Positions 42,011 to 54,013 of a stretch of DNA of 64,000 nucleotides are shown piece by piece. Position 1 is the first letter of the stretch. Every line of letters starts with the position of its first letter. Both the position numbers and the translations under genes were made by a program. Under the pieces are notes generated by a model. It worked only from the letters and a program-made list of their open reading frames with translations, did no database searches and had not been told where the DNA came from. The DNA comes from Eledone cirrhosa (Eukaryota), in NCBI GenBank assembly GCA_964016885.1, contig OZ024741.1, positions 122,574,001 through 122,638,000 of the forward strand, in the 5' to 3' direction.

Positions 42011-42656
42011 GTTGAAAAGGAGTGGAAAAGATGGGAAAGACCACATACCTTACTTCTCGTAGGGGAAGGACGGTTTTTCCATCCTTTTCACTGCTTGTGG
42101 CCTCCTCAGGAAGGATGTCCTTATAAATCCTCCTGGAGAGTGCTTGTCGGAAGTCTCCGATGTCTTTGGGGAATTTTTGTTTTAGTGTCATGTACGTTTT
42201 CTGTATGATGCGAGTGATTTGTATGTGTGGAGGTGGTGTGAATTTTGGGGTTGTTGTGTAGTCTTTGTCTGTGATGCTGGTGTTGTGTTGGATGTAGTGT
42301 AATAATTGGTTGTTCAAATTTAATGCTGTGTAGTGTGTATCGTTTTGGTTGTTTTGTTTTGTTTGCGTTTGTTATGGGTTTGTTTCTGTTTCGCATTTTG
42401 GTGACTTTTGTGGTGTAGGTGATGGTGGTGTTGGGGTTAATGATTGTGATGGTGTTGGTGTTTGGGTTGATGGGGTTGGTGATGCTGGTGTGGATGGTGG
42501 CATATCTGTCCTAACTTTTTTGTTTCTTAGTTTATTTGTTTCCCTCTGTATTTTGTTTTTGGAGGGGGAAGGAAGAGAATTTTTTTCTTTTTTAGTTTCT
42601 TTTTTTTTTCCGGATATCGTTTCCCACTCCTCGTCGTCAAAATCTGTCTCCAGTTG

Positions 42657-44036
42657 TTATAGGCCGGGGAGTGGAAAATCCTCCACAGGCGTCAGTTTTG
42701 GTTGTGGCGTGGTGGATGGTGTAGGCGCTGGTGCTAGTTCTGAAGCGTTGGGTGGTGGTGGTGTTGGTTTTGCTGGTGGTGGTGGTGGTGTTGGTTTTGC
42801 TACTGTTGCTGGGGTTGTTGCTGTTATAGTTGCTTCTGTTGTTGCTGCTACAGTTGTTGCTGCCATCTCTGCTACTGGTGGTGTTGATGGTTGTGTCACC
42901 GGGGTGGGTAGGAGAGGTGACCTCAACCTTTTAGCCTGAGGGCAGAAAGCCCTTAGGTGGGTTCCTTCACCACAAACGACACACCTAGGTCTTCTGCCCT
43001 CGACAATTACCGTGAGGTGGCTGCCGTCAGTGAGGTCTATTACCTCTGGGATCTCCTCAATGCTTTTTTGGTCCGCTTGGATCAGGAGCTCCATTCCAGA
43101 TCCGGACCAGTTCTCCTGCTTTTCTTTTACTATTGCTATTATTTTTGTTTTGGCTTCGATGCCGGCGAGGACGGCCGCTATTAGCCAGGGAATATCGATG
43201 GCCGGTGGAACGTGGGTCACCCTGATCTTTACGAGTCTCTGGCCACAATAGCTTGGGACGAGTGTGAAGTCGTCACTTCTTAATGGGGCCATGGAGTGTT
43301 CTCTAGCCTCCTCTGGTGTTTCAAAGAACACGTCCACGGTTCCATACTTTTGCCCACGTCTGATGTGGGTTTTTCTTGCCCACACATGTCCCAAAGCTTT
43401 TTGGATTTGGGACTCGGATGCCCGTTCCACTCGGCGCGATTTTACATTTATTGTTCGATACGACACGGTGCATAGGCGCCGATGCTCCATTGTATTAGGT
43501 TGGGGGGGGGGGCTGACCCTGTACCCATCTTTCTTTACCATTTGTTTGGCATTTTTTAAATCCTCCTGAGTTATCGTAAATGCTTCGAACTGTTTTGCTA
43601 CTCTGGCAAAACTGAGGGTGGTTTTTATAATGTCATTGTTGTTGTTGTTGCTATCGTTATTTGTGTTAATATTAATTTTAGTTTCAGTTGTGGTGTTGGT
43701 GACGTCAGTCGTCTTTGGTGGGGAAGAGTCCATTTTGCTTGATTTCATTTCGACATCACGAGTTAATTTATTTTTTTCTTCTTTTGTTTCTGTTGTCGCG
43801 GTGGTGGTGGTGGTGGTGGTTGTCGCGGTGGTGGTGGTGGTGGAGGCTTTAACACCTGCAGTCATTGGTAATGGAGGGAAATGAATGTCTGCCTGAAACA
43901 AATTTAAAATATTGCTACTGCTTATATTTTTTGTAGTGTTGGCAAACGTAGTAACATTTACAATGGTGGTGTCGGTGTGAGGTGTTGATTTGTGAGAAAG
44001 GCTTTCAGCTGCTTGGTGCAGTGGTGAATTAGCCAT
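42657..44036 (-). CDS. LINE ORF1 (gag-like nucleic-acid-binding protein); the original frame probably extended further toward ORF2
   Basis: 459-aa ORF with CVVCGEGTHLRAFC (CX2CX4HX4C) and T/P-rich flanks, directly upstream of ORF2. Confidence 0.85.
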   Translation of the reverse strand: MANSPLHQAAESLSHKSTPHTDTTIVNVTTFANTTKNISSSNILNLFQADIHFPPLPMTAGVKASTTTTTATTTTTTTTATTETKEEKNKLTRDVEMKSSKMDSSPPKTTDVTNTTTETKININTNNDSNNNNNDIIKTTLSFARVAKQFEAFTITQEDLKNAKQMVKKDGYRVSPPPQPNTMEHRRLCTVSYRTINVKSRRVERASESQIQKALGHVWARKTHIRRGQKYGTVDVFFETPEEAREHSMAPLRSDDFTLVPSYCGQRLVKIRVTHVPPAIDIPWLIAAVLAGIEAKTKIIAIVKEKQENWSGSGMELLIQADQKSIEEIPEVIDLTDGSHLTVIVEGRRPRCVVCGEGTHLRAFCPQAKRLRSPLLPTPVTQPSTPPVAEMAATTVAATTEATITATTPATVAKPTPPPPPAKPTPPPPNASELAPAPTPSTTPQPKLTPVEDFPLPGL

Positions 44037-44245
44037 TTTTTTTTCAAAGAAATGTTTTGATAATCATAAAAGTTTAAATTTTGGGCACAAGGCCCCAATC
44101 TTTTTGGGTGTCCTTTTCGAAAAACAATGTATGTGCGCTTATAAACAGTTAACAATAACATTTTCCATAAATGACAATTTTTAACAAACGGAAATAACAA
44201 ACCTTTGCGGAGCTCACGATGATACGATTTACTACGTAGGTCGCC

Positions 44246-44290
<45 letters not shown>

Positions 44291-44292
<2 letters not shown>

Positions 44293-47200
44293 AGGTGAGG
44301 AGGTCCTGAGAACGGAGGAACCACCCGAAGCAGACAATGATCTGAATACTGAGATAAATAATACCTGGAACAGAGATACGGCCACTGAGGAGATGAATGC
44401 TGACGGGCTAGGACAAGATTCGGTTGACATCCTAAATTTAGTGGTAGATGAGTTGAACAATGATAGTGGGAGACCTATGAACCTAAGATTTGTAGACAGG
44501 AAAAAGTTAAAAGAAACAACAGCTAAGGTAAACAAAGTCATCCCATACCTTGAGGCGAGGAGTCTTCACCAGAGCAACAATATCCTCAAAGCAACAGCAA
44601 ATACGGTGAGGAAACTACTTGGTATAAAAGCGAGAGGAAACAACAGACAAGAAAGAGCAGAGCCGTGGTGGAAGAAGCGACTGAATGGGCAAATCGGGGA
44701 AATGAGAAATGACATAGGAAAGCTTGAGTCACTACTGAATGGGACACTAAAAAACATAGGCACTAAAAATAGACTGGAAATAAAATACAAAACTAGGAGT
44801 AAAAAGCTAAATATTATCATAGAGGAATTGAAGCAACGCATTGTAGCAAAGAGTGCCAAAATCAGGCGATACGAGAACAGAGTCAGTCAGTATAAACAGA
44901 ACCGCATGTTCGACAACAACCAGAAGATGCTGTTTGGACAGCTTGAGGGGAAAGAAAGAGGCAACGACTTGATCCCTGGGGCGGAACAAGCTAAAACATT
45001 CTGGAGAGGAATATGGGAGCAGGATGTTAGACACAATGCCCAGGCAGGGTGGATTGAGACAGTACAGAGGGAGATCGGTGAGCAGGCACAGCAACAGACT
45101 GATTTGAGTATCACAGTTGAAACTCTTAAGGGGCAAGCCAAAAAACTAACCAACTGGAAATCACCAGGCCCAGATGGTGTGCAGGGGTATTGGATTAAAC
45201 ATTTAACATCCCTCCACCCGAAGCTGACGGCCATGTTCAATGACTGCTTGGTGTCGGGTGAGGTGCCAGAGTGGTTGACAAAAGGTACCACAGTTCTGAT
45301 AATGAAAGACCGAATCAAGGGTAATGATGTTACCAACTATAGACCTATCACATGTCTGCCCGTAATGTGGAAACTGTTGACGAGCATTGTGTCTGAGGAA
45401 ATCTACCATCACCTCCACACAAACAACTTGTTGCCGGACGAACAGAAAGGATGCCGAAAGAAGTCACGTGGTACAAAGGACCAGTTGCTTATTGATAAGA
45501 TGGTAATGGGGAATTGCAGGAGGAGACACACTGATCTTGCCATGGGATGGATAGACTACAGAAAGGCATTTGACATGGTGCCTCATTCCTGGATCACCAA
45601 AAGCCTGGAGATCTTCAGGGTGGCAGATAACATCAGACAGTTGCTGGGCAGGAGTATGGGGTCCTGGGAGACAGAGTTGACATCAACTGGAGTATCCTTG
45701 GGAAGCGTGAAGATCAAGAGAGGTATCTTCCAGGGAGATAGCCTGTCCCCTCTGTTGTTTGTCCTTGCCCTGATGCCCTTGACCATTATGCTGCGAAAAG
45801 TGAGAGCAGGATACAAGTTGGGAAGGGGAGAGCTTACCATCAATCACCTCCTCTTCATGGACGATCTTAAGCTCTTCGGGAAAAGTGAGAAGGAGTTGGA
45901 TGTGCTTGTTGACACTGTCCGTATTTTCAGCAGTGATATATGTATGCAGTTTGGTATTGGTAAATGTGGAGTCATTGTGATGAGGAGGGGTAGGTTGAGC
46001 AGAAGTAACGGGATCCAGATACCAACAGGTGAGATGATAAAGGAAATTGACTCTGAGGAAGGATACAAGTATTTGGGCGTTCTGGAGGCTGATGGCATAA
46101 AGAACAAAAAAATGAAGGAATTGTTAAGAACTGAATACATTCGGAGAGTAAGGAGCGTATTGAAGTCACATCTGAACAGCAGAAATGCCATAAGCGCAGT
46201 AAATTCCCGAGCTGTGTCTATTATTAGGTACAGTGCGGGAATTCTGAGATGGAATGTTGCTGAACAAAAAGAAATGGATAGGAAGACTAGGAAGCTATTG
46301 ACTATCTACAACATGTTCCACAAGAGGAGTGATGTCGATAGACTCTACCTAAGGAGATCTGAGGGTGGAAGAGGTCTTATCAGCATAGAGGACTGTGTTC
46401 AGATGGAGAAAAACAACCTATACAAATACGTGACCTATAGTAAGGAGCCAATGCTCAGAGCTGTACTGAAGGAGGGGACAGTAGGCCAGGGGATATCCAA
46501 GGAGGAAATAACATCAAGGAGGAAGAGCAGCCTTAAGGGAAAATCCCTTCATAGTACCTTCTTTGAGAAAACTGAATTTAGAGATCCACAGACATGGAAC
46601 TGGTTGAGAAGAGGAGACCTCAAAAAGGCTACAGAAGGAATGCTAATGGCTGCGCAGGAGCAGGCCCTCAAAACGAAGTGGTTGAAGCACCATATCTACA
46701 AGGAGGAGGCTAGCCCACTGTGCAGGATCTGTGGAGAGAGAGAGGAGACTGTGGCTCACATTGTGTCCGAGTGTAAACACCTAGCCCAGACCCACTATAA
46801 GGGCTGGAGACACGATGTGATGGGCAGGGTGATCCACTGGCACCTGTGCAAAGTAAACAATCTACCACATTCTGAGAAATGGTATGAGCATAGGCCAGAG
46901 GCGGTGATGGAGAACAGTCAGGTAAAGGTGCTGTGGGATTTTAGGATACAGACGGACAAAAAACTGGAACACAATAGACCTGACCTGGTGGTTGTGGACA
47001 AAGAAAAAAGATCGTGCCTGATTGTCGATGTGGCCTGCCCGTTCGACACGAGAGTGCAAGAGAAGGAGAGGGAGAAAATTAACCGATACCAGGACCTAAA
47101 GTGGGAGGTGAAAAGGATTTGGAACTGCCATGAAGTCAAAGTGATCCCGATTGTCATAGGCGCACTGGGGACTATCTCCAAAGGTTTCCAGGGATGGTTA

Positions 47201-47403
47201 AAGAAAATCGGCCCCTTCACGCTTTTTGGAACGCTTCAAAAGGCATGCTTGCTTGGAACGGCAAGAACCCTCCGATACGTCCTGAATATCTGAGGCTGCA
47301 GGTAGTGGCTTGATATTCAATCCAACGGACTTTCCAGTTAACCAACATCAATGACTGAGATTCAAGGAATAACAATAACAATAATAATAATAATAATAAT
47401 AAT
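44291..47403 (+). mobile_element. Dong/R4-clade non-LTR retrotransposon, 5'-truncated, in an (AAT)n tract
   Basis: Single ORF, short 3' UTR with hairpin tgaatatc...gatattca, (AAT)n tail at 47368-47403 and (AAT)n at the 5' junction. Dong elements are known to target TAA repeats. Confidence 0.92.
44393..47293 (+). CDS. Reverse transcriptase plus restriction-like endonuclease
   Basis: 966 aa open: KSPGPDG, YRPITCL, IDYRKAFD, FQGDSLSP, FMDD; CRIC...HIVSEC, RHD, PDLVVVD...IVDVACP...K. Confidence 0.95.
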   Translation: MNADGLGQDSVDILNLVVDELNNDSGRPMNLRFVDRKKLKETTAKVNKVIPYLEARSLHQSNNILKATANTVRKLLGIKARGNNRQERAEPWWKKRLNGQIGEMRNDIGKLESLLNGTLKNIGTKNRLEIKYKTRSKKLNIIIEELKQRIVAKSAKIRRYENRVSQYKQNRMFDNNQKMLFGQLEGKERGNDLIPGAEQAKTFWRGIWEQDVRHNAQAGWIETVQREIGEQAQQQTDLSITVETLKGQAKKLTNWKSPGPDGVQGYWIKHLTSLHPKLTAMFNDCLVSGEVPEWLTKGTTVLIMKDRIKGNDVTNYRPITCLPVMWKLLTSIVSEEIYHHLHTNNLLPDEQKGCRKKSRGTKDQLLIDKMVMGNCRRRHTDLAMGWIDYRKAFDMVPHSWITKSLEIFRVADNIRQLLGRSMGSWETELTSTGVSLGSVKIKRGIFQGDSLSPLLFVLALMPLTIMLRKVRAGYKLGRGELTINHLLFMDDLKLFGKSEKELDVLVDTVRIFSSDICMQFGIGKCGVIVMRRGRLSRSNGIQIPTGEMIKEIDSEEGYKYLGVLEADGIKNKKMKELLRTEYIRRVRSVLKSHLNSRNAISAVNSRAVSIIRYSAGILRWNVAEQKEMDRKTRKLLTIYNMFHKRSDVDRLYLRRSEGGRGLISIEDCVQMEKNNLYKYVTYSKEPMLRAVLKEGTVGQGISKEEITSRRKSSLKGKSLHSTFFEKTEFRDPQTWNWLRRGDLKKATEGMLMAAQEQALKTKWLKHHIYKEEASPLCRICGEREETVAHIVSECKHLAQTHYKGWRHDVMGRVIHWHLCKVNNLPHSEKWYEHRPEAVMENSQVKVLWDFRIQTDKKLEHNRPDLVVVDKEKRSCLIVDVACPFDTRVQEKEREKINRYQDLKWEVKRIWNCHEVKVIPIVIGALGTISKGFQGWLKKIGPFTLFGTLQKACLLGTARTLRYVLNI

Positions 47404-47556
47404 TTTATTAGAATATATCAAGAATAACAATAAGAAAAATTATGGCAGTTTATTCAGTAATAAATATCTCAATATCTAAGAGAAAATCTAAAGTATCTTT
47501 TGGTTGTATTATCAACTCATCCAAATTATTTAAACTATTTTACACACACACGCACG

Positions 47557-48230
<674 letters not shown>

Positions 48231-48523
48231 GTGATTAGTTGTTTACGGCGGGTAGGCTTGTTGCTAGAAAGCGCAGCCAACCTGTTGCAACATATATATC
48301 TATGACTTTATGTATATGTAAACATTTATATTTAATAATCTCCCGTTAGGTTGAGATACAATTGGGTGATATTTGGCTGCGCTTTCTACCAACAAGCCTA
48401 CCCGCCGTAAGCAACTAATCACATTCTTTCTAACTTGACCACTACCACGTCACGATTCTTAGCCATTTTTGAATCTATTTTTGGCGCGATCACTTTGGAA
48501 AACTAAATTTCTAATTTTGAGTT

Positions 48524-48604
48524 TGTCTCCTGATGAATCCGATACTCTGGACATATCCTGTTAATTGGATGTCTAAAAATACGGATGAAAGTATGGTAGA
48601 GATA
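48524..48604 (+). ncRNA. Type I hammerhead ribozyme with extended stem II, stem III mutated
   Basis: tgtctc CTGATGA atccg...cggat GAAA gtatg GTA gagata, within block 48231-48875, which has a 50-bp inverted repeat (48231-48280 and 48373-48422). Confidence 0.75.
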
Positions 48605-48874
48605 TAATTACGGTATGTACACATTTCTTCTAAGTTTGAATTTACACCTAATTGTGTATGGTTGATGGTATATTTAGTAAGTTTCTACATGCTGTTGAAA
48701 TGTTGGATAAATACTCTATTGGGGCCACCGCGATGAGGCCGCTTTCGGTTATTTGTCGGAAATATCTTCACAGGAGCCTTTATTCTTATAGCTTGGTCTA
48801 ATTGATTTTTTATATGGTTAATTATGCTAATTGCCAGAGGAAATGGTATATATTTTATCTAAGGACATGATTTA

Positions 48875-48920
<46 letters not shown>

Positions 48921-48928
<8 letters not shown>

Positions 48929-49216
48929 TAAAATAACAGATTAAAGTTTAAGCAAAGAATCGCTGCTTTCACCCTTAACGGGATCTTCTGAAACTAACAA
49001 AGTCAATCTGTAAACGCAGAAGTAGATATTTCAAAAAACGTTGCAACCGGAGGAAGACAGGAAGACGATACTTTGGTTGGTGGAAACGTTCGCTATGCAA
49101 ATAAGTAATATCCACTTCTGCGTTTACAGATTGACTTTGTCAGTTTCAGAAGATCCCGTTAAGGGTGAAAGCAGCGATTCTTTGCTTAAACTTTAATCTG
49201 TTATTTTAATAAATAT
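48921..49216. repeat. 110-bp inverted repeat with variant hammerheads (48945-48995 minus, 49142-49192 plus)
   Basis: agttt CAGAAGA tccc-gttaa-gggt GAAA gca-gcgattctt-tgc TT aaact (U4A variant). Confidence 0.75.
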
Positions 49217-49299
49217 TTGCTCTACGGTTCTTATATATTTGATATATATTTATCCTTATCGAGCCCTCTTTGGATTTTAGCCTTCAAATTCATTATTAT

Positions 49300-49392
<93 letters not shown>

Positions 49393-49430
49393 TATATATA
49401 CATACATATATATACATACACACTCTGCTA

Positions 49431-49464
<34 letters not shown>

Positions 49465-49629
49465 CACACTCACACACATACATATATATATATATATATG
49501 CACAGACACAGTCACTCATAGACATCGAGGGATGTCCATTCCATTCAACTATCACTAGAGGAGGAATCGTGATATAGAAATATATGTTGATACATGAAAA
49601 ACAATTTTGATAAATGAATATATAAAGAG

Positions 49630-49745
49630 ATGCAGAATGGTTATGTGGTAAAGGATTGCGCTTCACAACCACGCGGTTCTGGATTCAGTCCCTCAGCGCG
49701 ACACAATGGCCAAGTATCTTCCATTGTAGCCTTGTGTCTATAATC
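49630..49745 (+). mobile_element. Second tRNA-derived SINE family, old copy
   Basis: tggttatgtggtaaag (A-box-like) and ggattcagtccc (B-box-like). Confidence 0.55.
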
Positions 49746-50099
49746 TACTTCTCTGAAACTGCAGAATCTCGTATTTATGTACGTAGAGAACGATAAAATA
49801 GTATCAGATTGCAAAAAGTAACCACTGTGGTCCACATTAAAACATTGAAAACAAACTGAGAACCTATTAGGGCCCCAGTCAGATGACAGAAACTAGAAAA
49901 ATAAAATAAAATAAAATGAAATAAAATAAAATAAATGAAAAACATATTTTACCGTTTTCAAATCGGAAAATTTAGTTCTATGGGAAGTAACTCATAATAT
50001 TCACATTTAATTAGATTAGAGTTATCTCCAGTATATAACCCAGTTCTTGAGTTATGTCCCCTATTTGTCAATGGCATTATTGACAAACATGTAAACACA

Positions 50100-50210
<111 letters not shown>

Positions 50211-50484
50211 GAGTCCCGGGTTCATTCGGGAGTAACCGTAATAAATAAGGTATTCATTTCATTAGTAGATTCTAAACATCTACAAATGTAGAATTGTTTC
50301 ATTCGAAAGAAATCCCTGATGATTTCTTTTGAATGCGATAGTTCTTGTCCTGTAGATGCCATTTCTATATTAAATATGATATATATATATATATATATTT
50401 ATTTCGTTTCTGAATTTGTTTAGCAAGTATAACAATATATATATAGATAGCAAGTATAACAATATATATATAGATAGCAAGTAT

Positions 50485-50535
<51 letters not shown>

Positions 50536-50722
50536 GATAAATCTACCAAAAGTTTACGGTAGTGTCCAATCCGTATGAAGAACTCAATGTAATCCGGATA
50601 TCATGAAAAGAGAAGATGCATTCAAAAACTACTTTCGGTGAAAAATAAACGGAAAACAGAGTCAAGATAAATTAATAAAATAATGAATAAACAAAGAAAC
50701 AGTTCCTTATATTAAAAAAAAT

Positions 50723-50864
50723 TCATCATTTTACGATCGTTTCTAGGATATATATGTGTTAGAGTTGGTATGCATATTCTATAGATCTATGTACAATATT
50801 TATACAAACTATCAGAGGGAATATACATACCTACACATATATATGCTGTCTTCAGAAATAATGA
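50723..50864 (-). ncRNA. Type I hammerhead ribozyme with a 105-nt stem II insertion
   Basis: tcattattt CTGAAGA [105 nt] GAA ACGATCGT A aaatgatga: 9-bp stem I and palindromic stem III. Confidence 0.85.
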
Positions 50865-51677
50865 TATTTGTTTATTGAAAATAACAAAGATTCAATACAA
50901 TAGGTCTGTTTGGGAACAGGTTTTGAATTTACCAATCAGGAGATAGTGAGGGTCAAGATAGTAATATAGTATTAGAAGAACCTTAAATTATGGGTAGAGG
51001 AAGGTAGATTTCAGTTTTGGATGGAAAAGAATATTATGAATGAAGGATTATTTTAGGGAAGAAATAGGTCTTATGCTGACCTCAGAAATAATTTTATTTG
51101 TTCATTGAATAAAACCAACAAAGATCTAATATATTCTGTCTGTTTGGTAAGAGGTTTAGAATTAACCAATAGAAAGTTAATAATTGGCTAAATGGTAAAA
51201 TAGTAGTAATTGAAGCTTATTTTAGGGGTGAAAATAGGTCAGGTGGTGAGTAAAAGGTATACAAGCAGTTGCTGTTATAAAATAGTAATGCCAATACAAA
51301 TATCTAAGGTGACCAAAGTTTTAAGATAAGAATGTTAGTGAAAAAATACATCTATGAAAAGAATATAAAATTAATTTAATTGATGGGTATATTTATATTG
51401 ATAAAATTATACTAATACATATAGATAAGATAAATAAGAGTTAGATGCAGTTGAAAAGTGGTGTTAAAGATAAGGGGAAATTAAAAGAATATGAAAATAA
51501 TATATATATATATATATATATACTTATATATATATATACATATATATATACACATATATACACATACACACATATATATATATATATATATATACATATA
51601 TATATACATTTATATATATATATATATACATATATATACACATACACACACACACATACACACATATATATATGCAC

Positions 51678-51712
<35 letters not shown>

Positions 51713-52041
51713 TACATACATATATACATATATATAGACACACATACATGCACACATACATACACATATATATACACACACATACACACTTATATATACA
51801 TATAATTATTGGGGGGGGGATTAAATTTATTAGTGAGAAATAGTAAATATATATAGTTTTCAAGGAACATAGAGTCATAACCTGAAGTTAAAGCATTATA
51901 TATGTTTACTTAATTGTATCAGTTTTAGGAAATGATATTTGTAAGAAGGAAAGCAAAATTATGTAGTTCTTCAGTAGTAGAATATTAATTACAGGTTAAC
52001 TAAATTAAAAATAATTTATATATTAATTTTTAAAATGTATA

Positions 52042-53835
52042 TTAATTAGGTTTATAATATTTAAAGGTTTTTCTCAGTTTATGATTACACGATATTATTA
52101 ATTCCTGTCGCTTATTTAATAGGATATCCTTAGACTTCATTATTTCGAAAAGTTCTTGGGAACATAATCTACATTCATTTCTACTATTTTGATAAGGGGT
52201 GGCCCTTTTGAGCACACTCCAGGTCAGGTCATATTCTATATTCCTCTTTCTATAACTATTAATTATTTCAGCTAGAGATGTTGTATTAGCTAGTGCGGCA
52301 TTTTTAAAACTATGTTTGTGGGTAATAAATCGTACCTTAAAATTTTTAGAGGTAGCTCCTATATATGAATAAATTGAGTCCTTAGTGTTAACTTTACATT
52401 TATATACTATGTTATTAACAAGGCAATTTCCTTTTAATGGACAGTTTGCCTTGTTTCTACAGTTACAACTTTTCGTGAATCCTGTATCTGAGGAGATATT
52501 ATGGTTAGTTTGATGTACTGGTGGTATACTCATGTTTTTTTTACATTTATATGAATTATAGGCACTTATATTTTGTTTTATGTTTTTGGTTGTTGAGTAG
52601 GAGAATTTAACCGTTGATCTATTTAAGATTTGATGGTATTTGTGGTTTGGCGGGAAGTTTTTCTCTAGGATATTAAAGAAATTTTTAGCTATATTATCCT
52701 TAATTTGTAAATTAAATGGAGCATTATACCATGTAACTCGTCTATTACGGTTTCGATGTTGTTTATTATTTTTATAGGATGCATCCTGATGTTTATTAAG
52801 AGAATTATTGTTAATGACCTCTCCACACACATTTTTAGTTAGATTTATTGATTTAGGTGTTTTAGCTTGTTTATTAGGAGTTTTATTATTAACATTTATT
52901 AGAGTTGTAGGATGAGTAGTTTTTTGAGAGTTACTATACTGTATATCAGAAGAGTTAGAGAAATTTGGTTTTATGTTGGTGTTTTGGGGTATAGTGTGAG
53001 TGGCATTTAGGTGTGTATGTTTCATTTGGTGTTTGTTGGTAATATTAGGTTGTATGTTTGTAGTGTTATTGGTAGAAGGTATATATACTAATCTATTTTT
53101 GTGGCCACTTCTAGCTAGAGCTTCGTTATAAAAGGTCGCATTTTTATCAAATACATCTTGGTTAGACGAAAGGTTAGAAATTCTAAGTGATATATTATAT
53201 GCAAGGTTTTTAAGTATAGATTTAGGGTGATTAGATTGTGAGTGTATGTAGTGTAAATTTTGGTTGGGTTTATGGTAAGGTTGGTAGATACCCGTAGATA
53301 AGTCTAATGTTATATCTAGGAAATTAACTACTTTACTTGTGTTTTCAAATGTAATATCTAGACTATAATAGTCTTTAAGGAAAGTTCTAATAAGCTTTTT
53401 ATTTTCTTCTATCTCTGAGAGGCTAAGGTTATTGGAAAGAAGAAGACAGTCGTCTCGATATAAACCACCTTTAAGGTGGGGAAAGGAAGCATTTATGTTA
53501 AAAAGAAGAAAGAGGCCCACAAGATCAGTAATTTGGGCAGAAACGCTTGAGCCCATAGTAATATCGAATAGATTACTATATGTGTTTCTGGTCCAGTATT
53601 CATTCTCAAATTCCAATAGAGTTAGTCTAGCATGTGTAATAATATTAATGTCATCCAAAGTTAAGTTAGATCTATTTTTAGCAAATATCAAGGCTTTGTT
53701 CAGGAGTATAGGTGATATAGAATAATAATAATTATCTATATCAAATTGTAGAAATGAAGCAGAGGATTTATTTCTAATATTATTAAACCAGTTAATTACC
53801 TGGGATGTGTTTTCCCAGAGTGGTAAATTAACATG
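52042..53835 (-). CDS. PLE reverse transcriptase plus GIY-YIG endonuclease (5'-truncated, frame uninterrupted)
   Basis: The frame stays open 48 codons upstream of the listed 53691 start. Motifs FLQFDIDNYYYSI, ITMGS, GLYRDD, FLDI, SNHP, SCNCRNKANCPLKGNCL, IVYKC...YIGAT...RF..H. Confidence 0.92.
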   Translation of the reverse strand, partial: HVNLPLWENTSQVINWFNNIRNKSSASFLQFDIDNYYYSISPILLNKALIFAKNRSNLTLDDINIITHARLTLLEFENEYWTRNTYSNLFDITMGSSVSAQITDLVGLFLLFNINASFPHLKGGLYRDDCLLLSNNLSLSEIEENKKLIRTFLKDYYSLDITFENTSKVVNFLDITLDLSTGIYQPYHKPNQNLHYIHSQSNHPKSILKNLAYNISLRISNLSSNQDVFDKNATFYNEALARSGHKNRLVYIPSTNNTTNIQPNITNKHQMKHTHLNATHTIPQNTNIKPNFSNSSDIQYSNSQKTTHPTTLINVNNKTPNKQAKTPKSINLTKNVCGEVINNNSLNKHQDASYKNNKQHRNRNRRVTWYNAPFNLQIKDNIAKNFFNILEKNFPPNHKYHQILNRSTVKFSYSTTKNIKQNISAYNSYKCKKNMSIPPVHQTNHNISSDTGFTKSCNCRNKANCPLKGNCLVNNIVYKCKVNTKDSIYSYIGATSKNFKVRFITHKHSFKNAALANTTSLAEIINSYRKRNIEYDLTWSVLKRATPYQNSRNECRLCSQELFEIMKSKDILLNKRQELIISCNHKLRKTFKYYKPN

Positions 53836-53836
53836 T

Positions 53837-53869
<33 letters not shown>

Positions 53870-53895
53870 TGATAAATTTGAAGACTAAAATCCAA

Positions 53896-53955
<60 letters not shown>

Positions 53956-53962
53956 CAAGTAT

Positions 53963-54010
<48 letters not shown>

Positions 54011-54013
<3 letters not shown>

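Larger units (their letters stand above)
38336..44245 (-). mobile_element. Full-length Tx1/L1-type LINE flanked by (AAT)n on both sides
   Basis: ORF1 with zinc knuckle and ORF2 with APE plus RT plus CCHC-like motif. The 3' end cccttgtggttaataaagaaatc runs into (ATT)n and the 5' end abuts (AAT)n at 44246. Confidence 0.93.
50530..53837 (-). mobile_element. 5'-truncated Naiad-like Penelope element flanked by (TA)n
   Basis: RT plus CxCx5C linker plus GIY-YIG, long 3' UTR, and a hammerhead at 50723-50864 in sense orientation. Confidence 0.88.

Noticed and set aside
39768-47220. Many 60-200-aa antisense or alternate-frame ORFs over the LINEs
   Set aside because: Shadows of the LINE ORFs with no independent motifs.
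51071-51100. Second ribozyme half in the Naiad 3' UTR (duplicate of 50841-50870)
   Set aside because: The core reads CTGAGGT with no partner GAAA or helix III; it is a decayed ~230-bp tandem duplicate.
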